DNA of 64,000 nucleotides from an uncultured Candidatus Saccharibacteria bacterium (GCA_964413715.1 CAYPSN010000001.1:10613-74612), one strand, 5' to 3'; positions 29,501 to 40,447 are shown, counted from the stretch's first letter. Notes: generated by a model from the sequence alone, not told the origin. Numbers and translations: made by a program.

Positions 29501-29806
29501 TTAGGCTTTGATGTCAGTAATGGTTACCAGAGAGTATTTTTGGCGGTGACCAGTTTTGGTGGACTGGCGTTTCTTGGCCTTGTACTTAAGGATGGTGAGT
29601 TTCTTGCCTTTTACGGCGTCTTCCGCCACAGTTGCTTTAACCACTGCAGATTCGAGGGTAGGTTGGCCTACTTTAATATTATCACCATCAATCAACAGAA
29701 GTGGTTTGAATTCAATTGTCTTGTCGCCATTTAACAACTCGGTCTGTATGGTTTGGCCTTTTTCTACGATGTATTGTTTTGAGCCGGCCTCAATTACTGC
29801 AATCAT
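29501..29806 (-). CDS. rplU: 50S ribosomal protein L21
   Basis: 101 aa. MIAVIEAGSKQYIVEKG...KGKK..KYKAKKRQ matches the L21 signature. Confidence 0.9.
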   Translation of the reverse strand: MIAVIEAGSKQYIVEKGQTIQTELLNGDKTIEFKPLLLIDGDNIKVGQPTLESAVVKATVAEDAVKGKKLTILKYKAKKRQSTKTGHRQKYSLVTITDIKA

Positions 29807-29942
29807 GTCTTGATCCTTGTATTTTGTTAGTCAATAAGTAATCTTAGCAGATTGTCTTGTATTTGTAAATGCCCTGGTAAGGTGTAAAGTGGCTTTAATA
29901 CATCTGTAGCTCCGTGGTAGAATAGAGTCAAAGGAGGGTGGG

Positions 29943-30710
29943 GTGACTCACATACTTGCAGTTGCAAATCAAAAAGGCGGTGTTGGTAAGACCACGACGA
30001 GTATCAACCTAGGCGCGTACTTGGCGAAACTTGGTCAACGCGTTCTCATTGTCGATTTAGACCCACAGGGGAATAGCTCGAGTGGTCTTGCCATTGCAAA
30101 AAATCAACTTTCGGCCACAGTTTACAATGTGTTGGTAGAAGGAGTGGCCGCAGAGCAGGTTATCCAGCAGACCAGTGTAAAAAACATGGATGTCTTGCCT
30201 GCTAACTCAGTATTGGCAGCAGCTGAACTTGAGTTGTCACAACAGCAGCAACGCGAATTTCAATTGCGTCGCGCACTCGGTGGAGTGACCGACCGTTACG
30301 ACTTTATCTTGATTGACTGCCCACCATCTCTGGGGCTACTCACGCTAAATGGCCTAGTGGCGGCCACGCATTTACTCATTCCAGTGCAGTCCGAATATTT
30401 TGCTCTTGAAGGTTTGGGCCAGCTTCTTGCTACGGTAAAGCGCGTTAGGCAGGCATTAAACCCGCAGCTGGTGTTGCTCGGGGTTGTTATTACCATGCAC
30501 GCGTCACGTACCAGCTTGGCTGCTCAAGTGCAAGGAGAATTGCGCCATCATTTTCCTGACACATTGTTTGAAACAATAATTCCACGTAATATTAGATTGG
30601 CAGAGGCGCCCAGCCATGGAAAACCAATTAACCAGTACGATCGTTTTTCCAAAGGCGCCCAAAGTTATAAGCGTTTAGCAAAGGAGGTACTGCAACGTGT
30701 CAGCAAATAA
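29943..30710 (+). CDS. parA: chromosome partitioning ATPase ParA/Soj (GTG start)
   Basis: 255 aa. Deviant Walker A KGGVGKTTT, ParA motifs. Confidence 0.9.
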   Translation: MTHILAVANQKGGVGKTTTSINLGAYLAKLGQRVLIVDLDPQGNSSSGLAIAKNQLSATVYNVLVEGVAAEQVIQQTSVKNMDVLPANSVLAAAELELSQQQQREFQLRRALGGVTDRYDFILIDCPPSLGLLTLNGLVAATHLLIPVQSEYFALEGLGQLLATVKRVRQALNPQLVLLGVVITMHASRTSLAAQVQGELRHHFPDTLFETIIPRNIRLAEAPSHGKPINQYDRFSKGAQSYKRLAKEVLQRVSK

Positions 30711-31584
30711 CAACAGATTAGGTCGGGGGCTTGATAGCCTCATACCTACCGATATCGATGAATTTGCTGCGCCGTCGATGCCGAAAGAGCTGGTAAAAGA
30801 AGGCGCACATATTGATGAGCTGCCGATAGACCATATTGTTGCTAACCCACATCAGCCGCGCTCGGTTTTTTCCAACGACCAGCTCAGTGAATTGGCACAA
30901 TCGATCAAACTGCATGGTATCGTGCAGCCCCTTGTTGTGGTTAAGGACGCTAGTGGCTATCAGCTTATTGCTGGTGAGCGGCGCTTGCGAGCGGCTAAAC
31001 TCGTCGGCTTAAAAACTGTGCCAGCCATTGTGCGGAGTTTTTCGCAGCAGGAACAGCTTGAAGTCGCTTTGATTGAAAACATTCAGCGCAGCGAGCTTAA
31101 TGCTCTCGAACTAGCAAGTGCTTACGCTAAGTTGGCCGATCAGTTCAACCTCACGATTGAACAAATTGCGCAACGAGTTGGTAAGGCGCCATCTACCGTT
31201 GGAAACATACTACGCTTACTGAATCTGCCGCGTGAAGCAAAGCAGGCGCTCAATGATGGTGTTATTACTGAGGGCCATGCCCGGCAGATTCTTGCGGTAC
31301 TAAGTCCGACCGACCAGCTGACAATCTTGGACATGATTATCAAAGGCGGGCTCAATGTGCGTCAGGCCGAAGAGCTGGCTCGCAACTTTAAAAAAGAAGG
31401 CCAAGCGGCGGTAAAGAAAGTGGTTGAGAAACAAGCCTACAACACGCAGCTGTCGTCAGATCTCGGCCGCCACTTAGGCACAAAAGTTGATATTCAAAAA
31501 ACCGCCAAAGGTGGCAAATTGGTGATTGAGTTTTACTCGGACGAGGAGCTGGGCCGCCTGTATCATCAAATACTTGGAGAATAG
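30697..31584 (+). CDS. parB: chromosome partitioning protein ParB/Spo0J
   Basis: 295 aa. ParB box LIAGERRLRAA plus HTH. Confidence 0.9.
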   Translation: MSANNNRLGRGLDSLIPTDIDEFAAPSMPKELVKEGAHIDELPIDHIVANPHQPRSVFSNDQLSELAQSIKLHGIVQPLVVVKDASGYQLIAGERRLRAAKLVGLKTVPAIVRSFSQQEQLEVALIENIQRSELNALELASAYAKLADQFNLTIEQIAQRVGKAPSTVGNILRLLNLPREAKQALNDGVITEGHARQILAVLSPTDQLTILDMIIKGGLNVRQAEELARNFKKEGQAAVKKVVEKQAYNTQLSSDLGRHLGTKVDIQKTAKGGKLVIEFYSDEELGRLYHQILGE

Positions 31585-31588
31585 TTAA

Positions 31589-33952
31589 ATGCCAGAAAAA
31601 CATCCGCTCGTAGATCGCTATCCCCAGATGCCTGGTCAAAAGGATGTTAGACACGAAGTAGGGCGGATAACTCAACAGCGCAGACATCAGGTAGAATCTG
31701 GCGTCCCCAAAAAGGAAGCTCTAAAAGTACCTCAACGACCAGCCGAAAAAATTGATGCTTTTCTTGATGTACTCAAGAAAATTCATATGGTTCGCGACCC
31801 AAAGGTCACCGAGCGTATTAAGCAGTCCCTGCACCGTCAGTATTGTCTTGATCCCAGTAAGCCGATGCCGGACAGCTGGTTCCGCACTCAGGCGCAGATG
31901 GCCGAGGATCAGGGCCATGGTCTAAAAGATGATGTATATCGAACCCTCAAAGCTGCCTATGAGCTTGGTGGAGATGCTCGTAGTGAAGTCGAGACGCAAA
32001 AGCAGGCGTTGATTCGTGACCAAGAAAGCAGTCTGGACAAATGGTACGATTACTTATCAAGGCCAGATACCCCGTATCCGATGTGGTTTCGGTACTTCGC
32101 TTTCAAAAATGTGACGCAACTCGGTTCATACAGTAAAGAGACTCATAGCTTTGCCAGGCGGAGCAATGATACGGTTGGTGCCTTCCCAGAATTAAATGCT
32201 GAAGCCTTGGCGTACGTAGCAGAATCCCTTGCTCGCCACTATGGGTTAAGCATGATAGCCTCGGAAGACGATAAGGTGAATTTGGATGACCCCCGGATGA
32301 AAGACTTACTTAAAAGCCAGGCTAGTTTTGGCGACATGTACGCTCACGCGCTGGAATATTGTACTCCCGCTTCAGCCGAAATGCTGTCAGTAACAGATGG
32401 TAAATGGGTGACGAATCCCAAGGGTACACCAGGCATTGAGCTATCCAGCACCCTTGATGGACATGGCACGGGTTGGTGTGTGGCTGGTGAGAACTATGCC
32501 GGCCAATACTTGGCAGACGGCGACTTTATGGTGTTCTACACGAAAGACGCAGACGACAATTATTCCATCCCTCGTATCGGTATACCGATGAACGGTACAG
32601 CTGGCGAAGATAACTATTCAATACGGGAGGTGCGGGGTATTCGTGAAGGCCAGAATATGGAAGACGTCCTCAATGAAGTATTAGATGCTAAGCTGACTGA
32701 GCTACCAGGATCAGAAGAGTATATGTACGCGAGAGAGGATATGGCATACCTCACCGATATCTGGAAGAGACACACCAATGGCGAGCAGCTTAACGGGTAT
32801 GACTTAAGGTTCTTATACGAAATCGACCATGCAATTGTTGGCTTTGGTGAATATGAAGATCCGCGCATTGGAGAGCTGCTCAGAAGTCGAGATTGGATGA
32901 CTGACATGAGGGTTATTTATGAAGCTACGTCTGATAGTGACTTGGTTCTTAGACTGATTGATGCAGGTCGGGGCGATGCGGTAGCTCTCAACTTCGACAA
33001 ATTCTATGGCCTCGATGCTTCGGTAGCCAACAAGCTGATTGACGATGACTGGGGCAGTGGGGTAGCTCATTATCTAGACAGATTCCAAGGCCTCGATCAC
33101 ACTGTGGTCGCCAACAAACTGATTGATGTCGGGAGGGGAGGTGCGGTAGCTCGCAACCTAGACAAATTCCAAGGTCTTGATGCTTCGGTAGCCAACAAGC
33201 TGATTGACGATGACTGGGGCAGTGGGGTAGCTCATTATCTAGACAGATTCCAAGGCCTCGATCACACTGTGGTCGCCAACAAACTGATTGATGTCGGGAG
33301 GGGAGGTGCGGTAGCTCGCAACCTAGACAAATTCCAAGGTCTTGATGCTTCAGTAGCCAACAAACTCATTGACGCTGACTGGGGCGATGCGGTAGCTCGC
33401 AACTTAGACAAATTCCAAGGCCTCGACCACACAGCACTAGCCAACAGACTGATTGACGCCGGGAAGGTAGGTGTGTTACTTCACGATCTAGACAAATTCC
33501 AAGGCCTCGACCACACAGCACTAGCCAACAGACTGATTGACGCCGGGAAGGGAGGTATGTTACTTCACGATCTAGACAAATTCCAAGGTCTTGATGCTTC
33601 AGTAGCCAACAAACTCATTGACGCTGGGGAGGGCCTTGCGGTAGACCGTAATCTAGGCAGATTCCAAGGCCTCGATGCTTCAGTAGCCAACAAACTCATT
33701 GACGCTGGGGAGGGCTATATGGTAGCCCACCACTTAGACAAATTCCAAGGCCTCGATCATACTGAGGTCGCCAACAAACTGATTGATGTCGGGAAGGGAG
33801 GTGAGGTGGTTCGCAACTTAGACAAATTCCAAGGCCTCGACCACACTCAAATAGCTATTAAACTGATTGACACCGGGCAGAGAGGTGTGTTCCTTCGCAA
33901 CCTAGACAAATTCCAAGGTATCGATAATGCGGAAATCAATAAGCGGTTTTAG
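31589..33952 (+). CDS. large protein with about 330-aa novel N-terminal region and C-terminal array of 12 or more 27/28-aa tandem repeats (consensus LDKFQGLDxxvANKLIDxGxGgaVarN)
   Basis: 787 aa, no signal peptide. Repeats alternate between two variants, giving a 55-aa super-repeat. Confidence 0.7.
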   Translation: MPEKHPLVDRYPQMPGQKDVRHEVGRITQQRRHQVESGVPKKEALKVPQRPAEKIDAFLDVLKKIHMVRDPKVTERIKQSLHRQYCLDPSKPMPDSWFRTQAQMAEDQGHGLKDDVYRTLKAAYELGGDARSEVETQKQALIRDQESSLDKWYDYLSRPDTPYPMWFRYFAFKNVTQLGSYSKETHSFARRSNDTVGAFPELNAEALAYVAESLARHYGLSMIASEDDKVNLDDPRMKDLLKSQASFGDMYAHALEYCTPASAEMLSVTDGKWVTNPKGTPGIELSSTLDGHGTGWCVAGENYAGQYLADGDFMVFYTKDADDNYSIPRIGIPMNGTAGEDNYSIREVRGIREGQNMEDVLNEVLDAKLTELPGSEEYMYAREDMAYLTDIWKRHTNGEQLNGYDLRFLYEIDHAIVGFGEYEDPRIGELLRSRDWMTDMRVIYEATSDSDLVLRLIDAGRGDAVALNFDKFYGLDASVANKLIDDDWGSGVAHYLDRFQGLDHTVVANKLIDVGRGGAVARNLDKFQGLDASVANKLIDDDWGSGVAHYLDRFQGLDHTVVANKLIDVGRGGAVARNLDKFQGLDASVANKLIDADWGDAVARNLDKFQGLDHTALANRLIDAGKVGVLLHDLDKFQGLDHTALANRLIDAGKGGMLLHDLDKFQGLDASVANKLIDAGEGLAVDRNLGRFQGLDASVANKLIDAGEGYMVAHHLDKFQGLDHTEVANKLIDVGKGGEVVRNLDKFQGLDHTQIAIKLIDTGQRGVFLRNLDKFQGIDNAEINKRF
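32951..33949 (+). repeat. in-frame tandem coding repeat array (about 82-84-bp units, 165-bp super-unit), including a perfect 165-bp direct duplication at 33014-33178 and 33179-33343
   Basis: Direct reading shows identical blocks gatgcttcggtagccaacaagctgattgacgatgactgggg...caaattccaaggtcttga repeated back-to-back. Confidence 0.85.
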
Positions 33953-34087
33953 ATGTCCTCGTCTATGGTTTTCAAAATCAAATCAATAACCACTGTTTTG
34001 AAATTAGAAATGAATAGACGTTAAATTTTCTGACAACAAGAATTCTCAGACAATAGTTCGAATGTTGAAATAGTGGCAGAAGTGATG

Positions 34088-34939
34088 CTAATACGTAGGG
34101 TGTTTAATAGGACCCAGCTCGTTAATCGGTAGCAAGCGTGCTGTAGCGACGCCAACTATGTCTTCACGAGGTAATTGCCCCCATTCGCGTGAGTCGAAAC
34201 TGCCGTTTGGTGCTCGGTTGTCGCCAACAACAAAGTATTTGTCTTTTTCAATCGTTTCGTCAATTTCACCTTGGGTCGTTAAACTTTGGTCGATATAGGG
34301 CTCATCTAGCTCAAGTCCATCGGGATGTTCATTGTTGTATATGGTAAATTTGCCGTTTTTCAACACGACCCGTTCTCCCGGTAAGCCAATAAGGCGTTTA
34401 ATGAAAAACGTGCCTGGGCTGTTGGGGTATCGAAACACGAGTACGTCACCTCGTTTTAAATCCAAGCTGGTATCTAGACCAACGACTGATTTTATACTAC
34501 TAAGCGTAAAGCCGACTTTGTCGATGATGAGGTAATCACCATCTTGAAAGTCTGGGTTCATACTACTACCGGAAACATAGAACGCCTGGAAAACAAAGCT
34601 GTGAAGAAACAATACGATAAGTCCTGGCAGAATAATCCAGCTAAAGATGGCACGCAATGCTCCTAGGAAAGGATTTGGCTGCTTTTCTTCTGTGTCTTCA
34701 ACATCGTTTTCTACGTCATCACCGTCCACGGTGGTTTGTGCCGCTGGTTGTAGGGGAGGAGCAAGTTTGGGGTGTTTGGGAATTTGCCCTGTCGGATTTG
34801 CCGTTGGATTTAAAGCATGGCCAGGTGTGTTCTGGGCTGGCTGCTCAGAATTGGCAGCAGTCTGGCTTGTCTGCGGCACTTCTGCCGAAGGCTCATGGGT
34901 GTTGTTGGTTGGCTGATTGCCGGTCTGGCTTGGTTGCAT
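34088..34939 (-). CDS. lepB: signal peptidase I with long Gln/Pro/Thr-rich N-terminal extension
   Basis: 283 aa. Catalytic Ser box SGSSMNPDF, Lys box and GDNRAPNGSFDSREWG box. Confidence 0.85.
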   Translation of the reverse strand: MQPSQTGNQPTNNTHEPSAEVPQTSQTAANSEQPAQNTPGHALNPTANPTGQIPKHPKLAPPLQPAAQTTVDGDDVENDVEDTEEKQPNPFLGALRAIFSWIILPGLIVLFLHSFVFQAFYVSGSSMNPDFQDGDYLIIDKVGFTLSSIKSVVGLDTSLDLKRGDVLVFRYPNSPGTFFIKRLIGLPGERVVLKNGKFTIYNNEHPDGLELDEPYIDQSLTTQGEIDETIEKDKYFVVGDNRAPNGSFDSREWGQLPREDIVGVATARLLPINELGPIKHPTY

Positions 34940-35013
34940 ACCAAGTATTATAGCTTGGGCAAGGAATGATTAAAAGAGCATAACCTTTACGTTATCACTA
35001 GGAAACATCTATA

Positions 35014-36462
35014 ATGGTGACAATGATGAAAACGAAACGTCCAAGGGGGAGTGTGCACAAGAGTACTGTTGAGGCAGATTCCCCGGCATTTATTTACGAT
35101 CCAAAAAGCCGCAAGCTTAAAGGGAAACATAAGTGGCGAGTAGCGTTGATTTCTTTGTCACTGGTGCTGTTGGCTGGCGGCAGTGCTTTTGCGGCTAAAA
35201 GTTACTTCTCTTTAAGCAGAGTAGTGCAGCGCAATACAGGTGAAGGTGCATTAGGGCTTAAAAAAGAAGTAAGCTTAGCTCAGCTAAAAGGCGAAGGCGA
35301 GGGCAGAATTAATATTCTGCTGCTTGGTGTGGGCGATAGCGATCATGCCGGCTCGCAGTTGAGTGATACCATGATGGTGCTGAGCATTGACCCGCAAACG
35401 AATGAAGCTGCCATGCTGGGCATCCCACGAGACTTATGGGTTAACATTCCTGGTTATGGGTATAGCAAAATTAACGCCGCGCACGCTTATGGCGAGCAGG
35501 CTCGGCAGGGCGGCGGGCCAGAACTAGCAAAAAAAGTTGTGAGTGCTGCCCTTGGGGTGCCAATTCATTATTTTGTCAGAACAGATTTTGCAGCGTTTAA
35601 GCAGGCAGTAGATAGTGTTGGCGGCGTGGATGTTAATGTTGAGCAAGCGCTGTATGACACGGAGTATCCGTGCGAAAAGAACGAAGCTCGCATGTGTGGC
35701 TTTAAATTGAAGGCTGGCCCACAGCGCCTAGACGGTGCCACCGCCTTGAAGTACGTACGCTGTAGAAAAGGAAATTGTGGTGATGATTTTGGTCGTGCGA
35801 AAAGACAACAACAAGTTTTGGTTGCACTTAAGGCCAAGGCACTTAGTATGAAGACAATTTTGGACCCCAATAAACTAGCTGGACTCGTCGATACCGTGGG
35901 AGACAATGTCCGCACAGACTTGCAGATAAATGAAATGCAGCGATTGGTCGAGATTAGTAAAATGGTTGATACCAATAAGATGCTTAATACGGTTTTGGAT
36001 AATGACAATAGTGGTACCAATTTAGTTCGCACTGCCAATATTGGCGGTGCCAGCGTCGTTATCCCAACTGCGGGGGTTGGGAATTTTGCTCAGATTCAGC
36101 GTTATGTGAAGTCAATTTTTGTTGATGGATACATTAAAAAAGAGGCCGCAAAAATCCAAGTTGAAAACGGCACCGCGCGTTCAGGCTTGGCCCTGAATGC
36201 AGCTAATCTCTTGAAGGGGTATAATTATAATGTTATAAATACCAAGACAGCGGATAGGGTAGACTATGCCACCACGCAACTGATTGACTATAGCGGCGGC
36301 AAAAAGCCTTACACAGTTCGCTATCTCGAAAAGCGCTTTGGTCTTAAGGCACAACAGGCACAAAGTGTGGCGCCAAAAAGCAGTACTGTCAGTCCGGCCC
36401 AGCAGCAGTACGACGTAGTACTTATCGTTGGCGCTGACTATAAGCCAACTAATCTATACTAA
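35014..36462 (+). CDS. LytR-CpsA-Psr (LCP) family cell-envelope phosphotransferase
   Basis: 482 aa. TM anchor, LCP core (INILLLGVGDSD...SDTMMVLSIDP...GIPRDLWV), C-terminal LytR_C-like domain. Confidence 0.85.
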   Translation: MVTMMKTKRPRGSVHKSTVEADSPAFIYDPKSRKLKGKHKWRVALISLSLVLLAGGSAFAAKSYFSLSRVVQRNTGEGALGLKKEVSLAQLKGEGEGRINILLLGVGDSDHAGSQLSDTMMVLSIDPQTNEAAMLGIPRDLWVNIPGYGYSKINAAHAYGEQARQGGGPELAKKVVSAALGVPIHYFVRTDFAAFKQAVDSVGGVDVNVEQALYDTEYPCEKNEARMCGFKLKAGPQRLDGATALKYVRCRKGNCGDDFGRAKRQQQVLVALKAKALSMKTILDPNKLAGLVDTVGDNVRTDLQINEMQRLVEISKMVDTNKMLNTVLDNDNSGTNLVRTANIGGASVVIPTAGVGNFAQIQRYVKSIFVDGYIKKEAAKIQVENGTARSGLALNAANLLKGYNYNVINTKTADRVDYATTQLIDYSGGKKPYTVRYLEKRFGLKAQQAQSVAPKSSTVSPAQQQYDVVLIVGADYKPTNLY

Positions 36463-37244
36463 TGACAAGAACACAACGAACAATTTTGTTAGCCCTGCCG
36501 ATTCAGGCGGCAATCATTTTTGTATTTTTCTATCTAACAAAGTATTGGTTTATAGGAATAGCCTTGCAAGCTGGAATGACGATGCTGCTCATGCGGCAGC
36601 TGCTGACAAAAGGTAATAATCTGATTATTGTAGCGAAATCACTCCAGCCATTTGCTTTTGTCTCAACCATATCATTGTATAACCTGCTGTTGGCGCAGCT
36701 GTACGGCGTGAGTTTGCAGGTATTTTTGATCCAGACATTGGTAGCAAGTGTTTTATATGGAATCTTTAGCTATGTCGCGCTACGACAGCGCATGTCGGTT
36801 GGGTTTGCTAGTGTACTGACGATTTTGCAAATTAGTTTAAGTGTTAATTTTGTGTCGCTCGCAATGGCGTACTGGCGCATACCGACATTTATCATGCTGC
36901 CATTGTCAATTGTGGCAATTGGCTATTTTGCAATGTGGTGGCTCTTAGAAATTGGTAAAAACGAATCCAATGTACCACTTGTGTCAGCGGTATTTGCGCT
37001 ACTGGCCACGGAGCTGATTTGGGTATATTCACACTGGGTCATAGTCTACCAGGTCCCATATGTGAATCTTGTTATCACACAGACGACAGCAGTAGTGGTA
37101 GCTTTGGCGTATGGACTCGGGGGAATTTATTACCATCGTGGCAACAAGCCTGTGCGATTGCAGCTAATAGTAGAATATATGCTCGTATTCATTGTGATTT
37201 TTCTAGCAACCCTAGTATCGACTCGTTGGATTAACGGTATTTAA
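36462..37244 (+). CDS. hypothetical integral membrane protein
   Basis: 260 aa, 7-8 TM helices. Start overlaps the LCP stop. Confidence 0.5.
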   Translation: MTRTQRTILLALPIQAAIIFVFFYLTKYWFIGIALQAGMTMLLMRQLLTKGNNLIIVAKSLQPFAFVSTISLYNLLLAQLYGVSLQVFLIQTLVASVLYGIFSYVALRQRMSVGFASVLTILQISLSVNFVSLAMAYWRIPTFIMLPLSIVAIGYFAMWWLLEIGKNESNVPLVSAVFALLATELIWVYSHWVIVYQVPYVNLVITQTTAVVVALAYGLGGIYYHRGNKPVRLQLIVEYMLVFIVIFLATLVSTRWINGI

Positions 37245-37279
37245 GGTAGGATTCAGGAAACCTATTGTAAAATAGCACT

Positions 37280-38497
37280 ATGCAAAAAGAAGCAACTCCA
37301 AAGAAAACTCCTAAGCCAAAATCTGTAGGCACCACTCAGTCTTCGACGCAACCGGTGTCGACCCAAATGCCCAAGACAATAGAAAAACCTAACACTCGTA
37401 TCTTGCGCCCTCTCATGATTGTGCTCAGCTGTTTTGTTATGGGTCTTTTGGGTGCGGCGACGTATGTAGCATTGCTTGGCAATGGCAGCACGAAGCTGGT
37501 AGAGGAGCGCAAAAGCCTCCTTGTGAAAGAAGATTCAGCCGTGATAACAGTGGCGAAAGATGTTTCTCCGAGCGTAGTGAGCATAACGACGAGTAGTAAC
37601 GTGACGGACTTTTTTGGGCAGGTGCAAAACGAGGCATCATCTGGCACCGGGATTGTGTTAAAAGCCGATGGCCTAATTCTCACCAACAAACATGTAGTTG
37701 AAGGTGGCGATAATTTCACCGTCATTACCAGTGATGGTAAAGAGTATAAGGGTGGCAAAGTTGTAGCAAAGGATCCATCGAATGACATCGCTTTTTTGAA
37801 GATTGATGCCAAAGGTCTAACCCCGGCACGCCTTGGTGATTCAGCAAAGGTCGAAGTCGGGCAACGCGTCATAGCAATTGGTAATGCACTCGGTCAATTT
37901 CAAAACACTGTTACAACTGGCGTGATATCGGGTAAGAGTAGGCCAATTACGGCTTCAGGCGGGAACGCTACGGAAAATCTGCAAAATCTTTTCCAGACGG
38001 ACGCAGCCATTAACCCCGGTAATTCTGGTGGCCCATTGGTGAATATTCTGGGTGAAGTGATTGGTATCAACACGGCTGTAGCAGGTGATGGGGCGCAAAA
38101 CATTGGTTTTGCCATTCCAATTAACGAAGCAAAAAAAGACATTGCGAGCGTTTCAAATGGCGGCAAGATTGTAAGGGCGTACCTTGGTGTACGTTACGTT
38201 GCGGTGACCGCGGATATCGCTACGCGCAACGACTTAGGGGTCAACACGATTGGTGGCGCTTTAATAGCTGGTGGTAATGGGCGGGGTGTAGTAAGTGGTA
38301 GTCCAGCTGATAAAGCAGGCTTGCAGGACGGTGATGTCATAATCAAAATCAATAACACGACTCTGGACAAAAATAACCCATTATCCTCGGTCGTGAGCGA
38401 CCTTGGTGTGGGCGACAATATTACGATTACGGTTGTGCGTGACGGTAAAGTCAAAACACTCAAAACACAGCTGGCCGAAGCACCGACCAACTCTTAG
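37280..38497 (+). CDS. htrA: HtrA/DegP-family serine protease with PDZ domain
   Basis: 405 aa. TM anchor, catalytic triad context (LTNKHVV, D, GNSGGPLVN), C-terminal PDZ. Confidence 0.85.
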   Translation: MQKEATPKKTPKPKSVGTTQSSTQPVSTQMPKTIEKPNTRILRPLMIVLSCFVMGLLGAATYVALLGNGSTKLVEERKSLLVKEDSAVITVAKDVSPSVVSITTSSNVTDFFGQVQNEASSGTGIVLKADGLILTNKHVVEGGDNFTVITSDGKEYKGGKVVAKDPSNDIAFLKIDAKGLTPARLGDSAKVEVGQRVIAIGNALGQFQNTVTTGVISGKSRPITASGGNATENLQNLFQTDAAINPGNSGGPLVNILGEVIGINTAVAGDGAQNIGFAIPINEAKKDIASVSNGGKIVRAYLGVRYVAVTADIATRNDLGVNTIGGALIAGGNGRGVVSGSPADKAGLQDGDVIIKINNTTLDKNNPLSSVVSDLGVGDNITITVVRDGKVKTLKTQLAEAPTNS

Positions 38498-38498
38498 T

Positions 38499-39305
38499 CT
38501 ATCCTTCTTTCTGAAAGCCTAGAATGAAATAATCTTCTTCGATAAGTTTTAGGCCACAGCTTTTAGCTTCTTCAATGAGGCTAGCTTGTTGCCATGGGTC
38601 ACATTCGGTAAAAAGGAAGCCGTTGGCTGCAAGGTGGTCGGGCAGCTGACGAAGGAAGTGTCGGTATATATCGAGGCCATCTGGCCCGCCAAACAGTGCT
38701 ACCCCTGGTTCGCGTTGTACTTCGGGCATAAGGTCGGCATTGTCGGCCAGGTAGGGTAGATTGCAAACCACGACATCAAAACTCTCGGCAATACTGTCGA
38801 ACAAGTCGGACTGCACCAGCTTGACGTCGGCGTGTAAATTGCTGAAATTACTCAGGGCTACTTTAAGGGCTTTCTGGTCAATCTCAGTAGCGGTGATATC
38901 CAGGTCAGGTCGGTTTAGGCAGAGTGCGGCAGCAATCGCTCCACTACCCGTCCCAACGTCAATAACCCTGCTATTTTGGGGCGCATAGCGCAGGGCCAGC
39001 TCGACCATCTTCTCTGTTTCAACTCGTGGCGTTAGAACGTCCTCGTTTATAAAAAGTTCAAGGCCATAAAATTCTCTAGTATTTGTTAGGTGTACGACGG
39101 GGGCGTGTTCAGCCCGACGCTTAATCAGGTCCAGATACTGCGCTTGTTGTGCTGGGCTGAGCGGGTCATCCTGGTGGGCAAGCAAGTAAGCACGGTCTAC
39201 TTTTAAAACATGCGCTAAGAGCAATTCTGAGTCGATGCGTACAGAGTTTACCTTTGCGAGCGTTAGGCTCTTTTGCGCTTTTTCTAGTGCGTTAGCTATG
39301 GTCAA
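38499..39305 (-). CDS. prmC: release factor glutamine N5-methyltransferase PrmC/HemK
   Basis: 268 aa. SAM motif VGTGSGAIA, substrate motif NLPY. 4-nt overlap with prfA. Confidence 0.85.
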   Translation of the reverse strand: MTIANALEKAQKSLTLAKVNSVRIDSELLLAHVLKVDRAYLLAHQDDPLSPAQQAQYLDLIKRRAEHAPVVHLTNTREFYGLELFINEDVLTPRVETEKMVELALRYAPQNSRVIDVGTGSGAIAAALCLNRPDLDITATEIDQKALKVALSNFSNLHADVKLVQSDLFDSIAESFDVVVCNLPYLADNADLMPEVQREPGVALFGGPDGLDIYRHFLRQLPDHLAANGFLFTECDPWQQASLIEEAKSCGLKLIEEDYFILGFQKEG

Positions 39306-40378
39306 TTTTGCGTGAGCCTTCCTTGGTCTTCTAGCGCTCGTTGAATATCGGCCTCCTTCAGCACATTGAGTAAATCATCGATGTCGCCATCCATGAAGCC
39401 CGGCAAGTTATGACGCGTGTAGCCAACACGGTGGTCGGTGACGCGATCTTGCGGAAAGTTATAGGTGCGTATCTTCTCGCTTCTATCGCCTGTGCCAATC
39501 TGCGAAAGTCGGGCTGCGCCTAACTCTTTACGTTTTTGTTCTTCTTCGGCGGCTAGCAGGCGTGAGCGCAAAATACTCATTGCCTTGAGTTTGTTTTTGA
39601 GCTGAGACTTTTCGTCCTGACACGTTACGACTGTGCCGGTTGGCAGGTGAGTTATCCGCACGGCGCTGTCAGTTGTGTTAACGCTTTGACCGCCATGGCC
39701 GCTAGATCGGTACACATCAATGCGTAGGTCATTCGGGTCGATCTCAATCTCGTTTTCTTCTGCCTCTGCTAGTACTGCCACGGTAACAGTCGAGGTGTGG
39801 ATGCGGCCGGCTGATTCAGTAGCAGGTACGCGCTGGACGCGGTGTACGCCAGATTCGTACTTCATAACGCCGTAGGCTTCTGGCCCGACCACTTCGGCTA
39901 TGAATTCCTTGTAGCCCCCTGAGGTGCCGGGGTTATCGCTCATGATGCTGAGCTTTAAGCCGTGGTTTTCGCAGAATCTCGCGTACATACGAGCAAGTTC
40001 GCCTGCAAATAAACTTGATTCATCACCGCCGGCGCCGGCTCGAATTTCTATAATCGCATTCTTGCTATCATGCGGATCTTTAGGCACAAGAGCAACGCGC
40101 ACTTTCGCCGATAAAGCTTCGAGTTTTTGCTCCAGCTCGACCAGCTCTTTTTTCGCTAATTCTGACATCTCAGGGTCGTTTATAAGCTGTTTTGTGTCAC
40201 GTAAGTCTCGCTCTGTTTTTATAACTTCTTCGAAAAGTTCGAGACGTTGCGAAAGCTCACGCTGTTCGTGAACGAGACTGGCGGACTGCGCCGAAGCGTA
40301 AACTTCAGGATTACTCAGTTCTTCATTGAGTTGAGCGAGTCTTTCTTGGATTTGGGTTATGACGGTTTCGTCTATCAT
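39302..40378 (-). CDS. prfA: peptide chain release factor 1. Start at MIDETV; the ORF track begins at 40414.
   Basis: GGQ motif SGHGGQSVN and a PAT tripeptide anticodon motif (RF1 type). Confidence 0.9.
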   Translation of the reverse strand: MIDETVITQIQERLAQLNEELSNPEVYASAQSASLVHEQRELSQRLELFEEVIKTERDLRDTKQLINDPEMSELAKKELVELEQKLEALSAKVRVALVPKDPHDSKNAIIEIRAGAGGDESSLFAGELARMYARFCENHGLKLSIMSDNPGTSGGYKEFIAEVVGPEAYGVMKYESGVHRVQRVPATESAGRIHTSTVTVAVLAEAEENEIEIDPNDLRIDVYRSSGHGGQSVNTTDSAVRITHLPTGTVVTCQDEKSQLKNKLKAMSILRSRLLAAEEEQKRKELGAARLSQIGTGDRSEKIRTYNFPQDRVTDHRVGYTRHNLPGFMDGDIDDLLNVLKEADIQRALEDQGRLTQN

Positions 40379-40447
40379 GAGGTTCCTCTCAAACAAAAAC
40401 AGCACTCCTTGCATTATAGCAAAATTGAGTGCTGTTAATGGGTTACG

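Noticed and set aside
32951-33949. Tandem 82-84-bp DNA repeats, considered as a noncoding VNTR/CRISPR-like array
   Set aside because: They are perfectly in frame within a long ORF and encode a regular 27/28-aa protein repeat. There are no repeat-spacer alternations with unique spacers.
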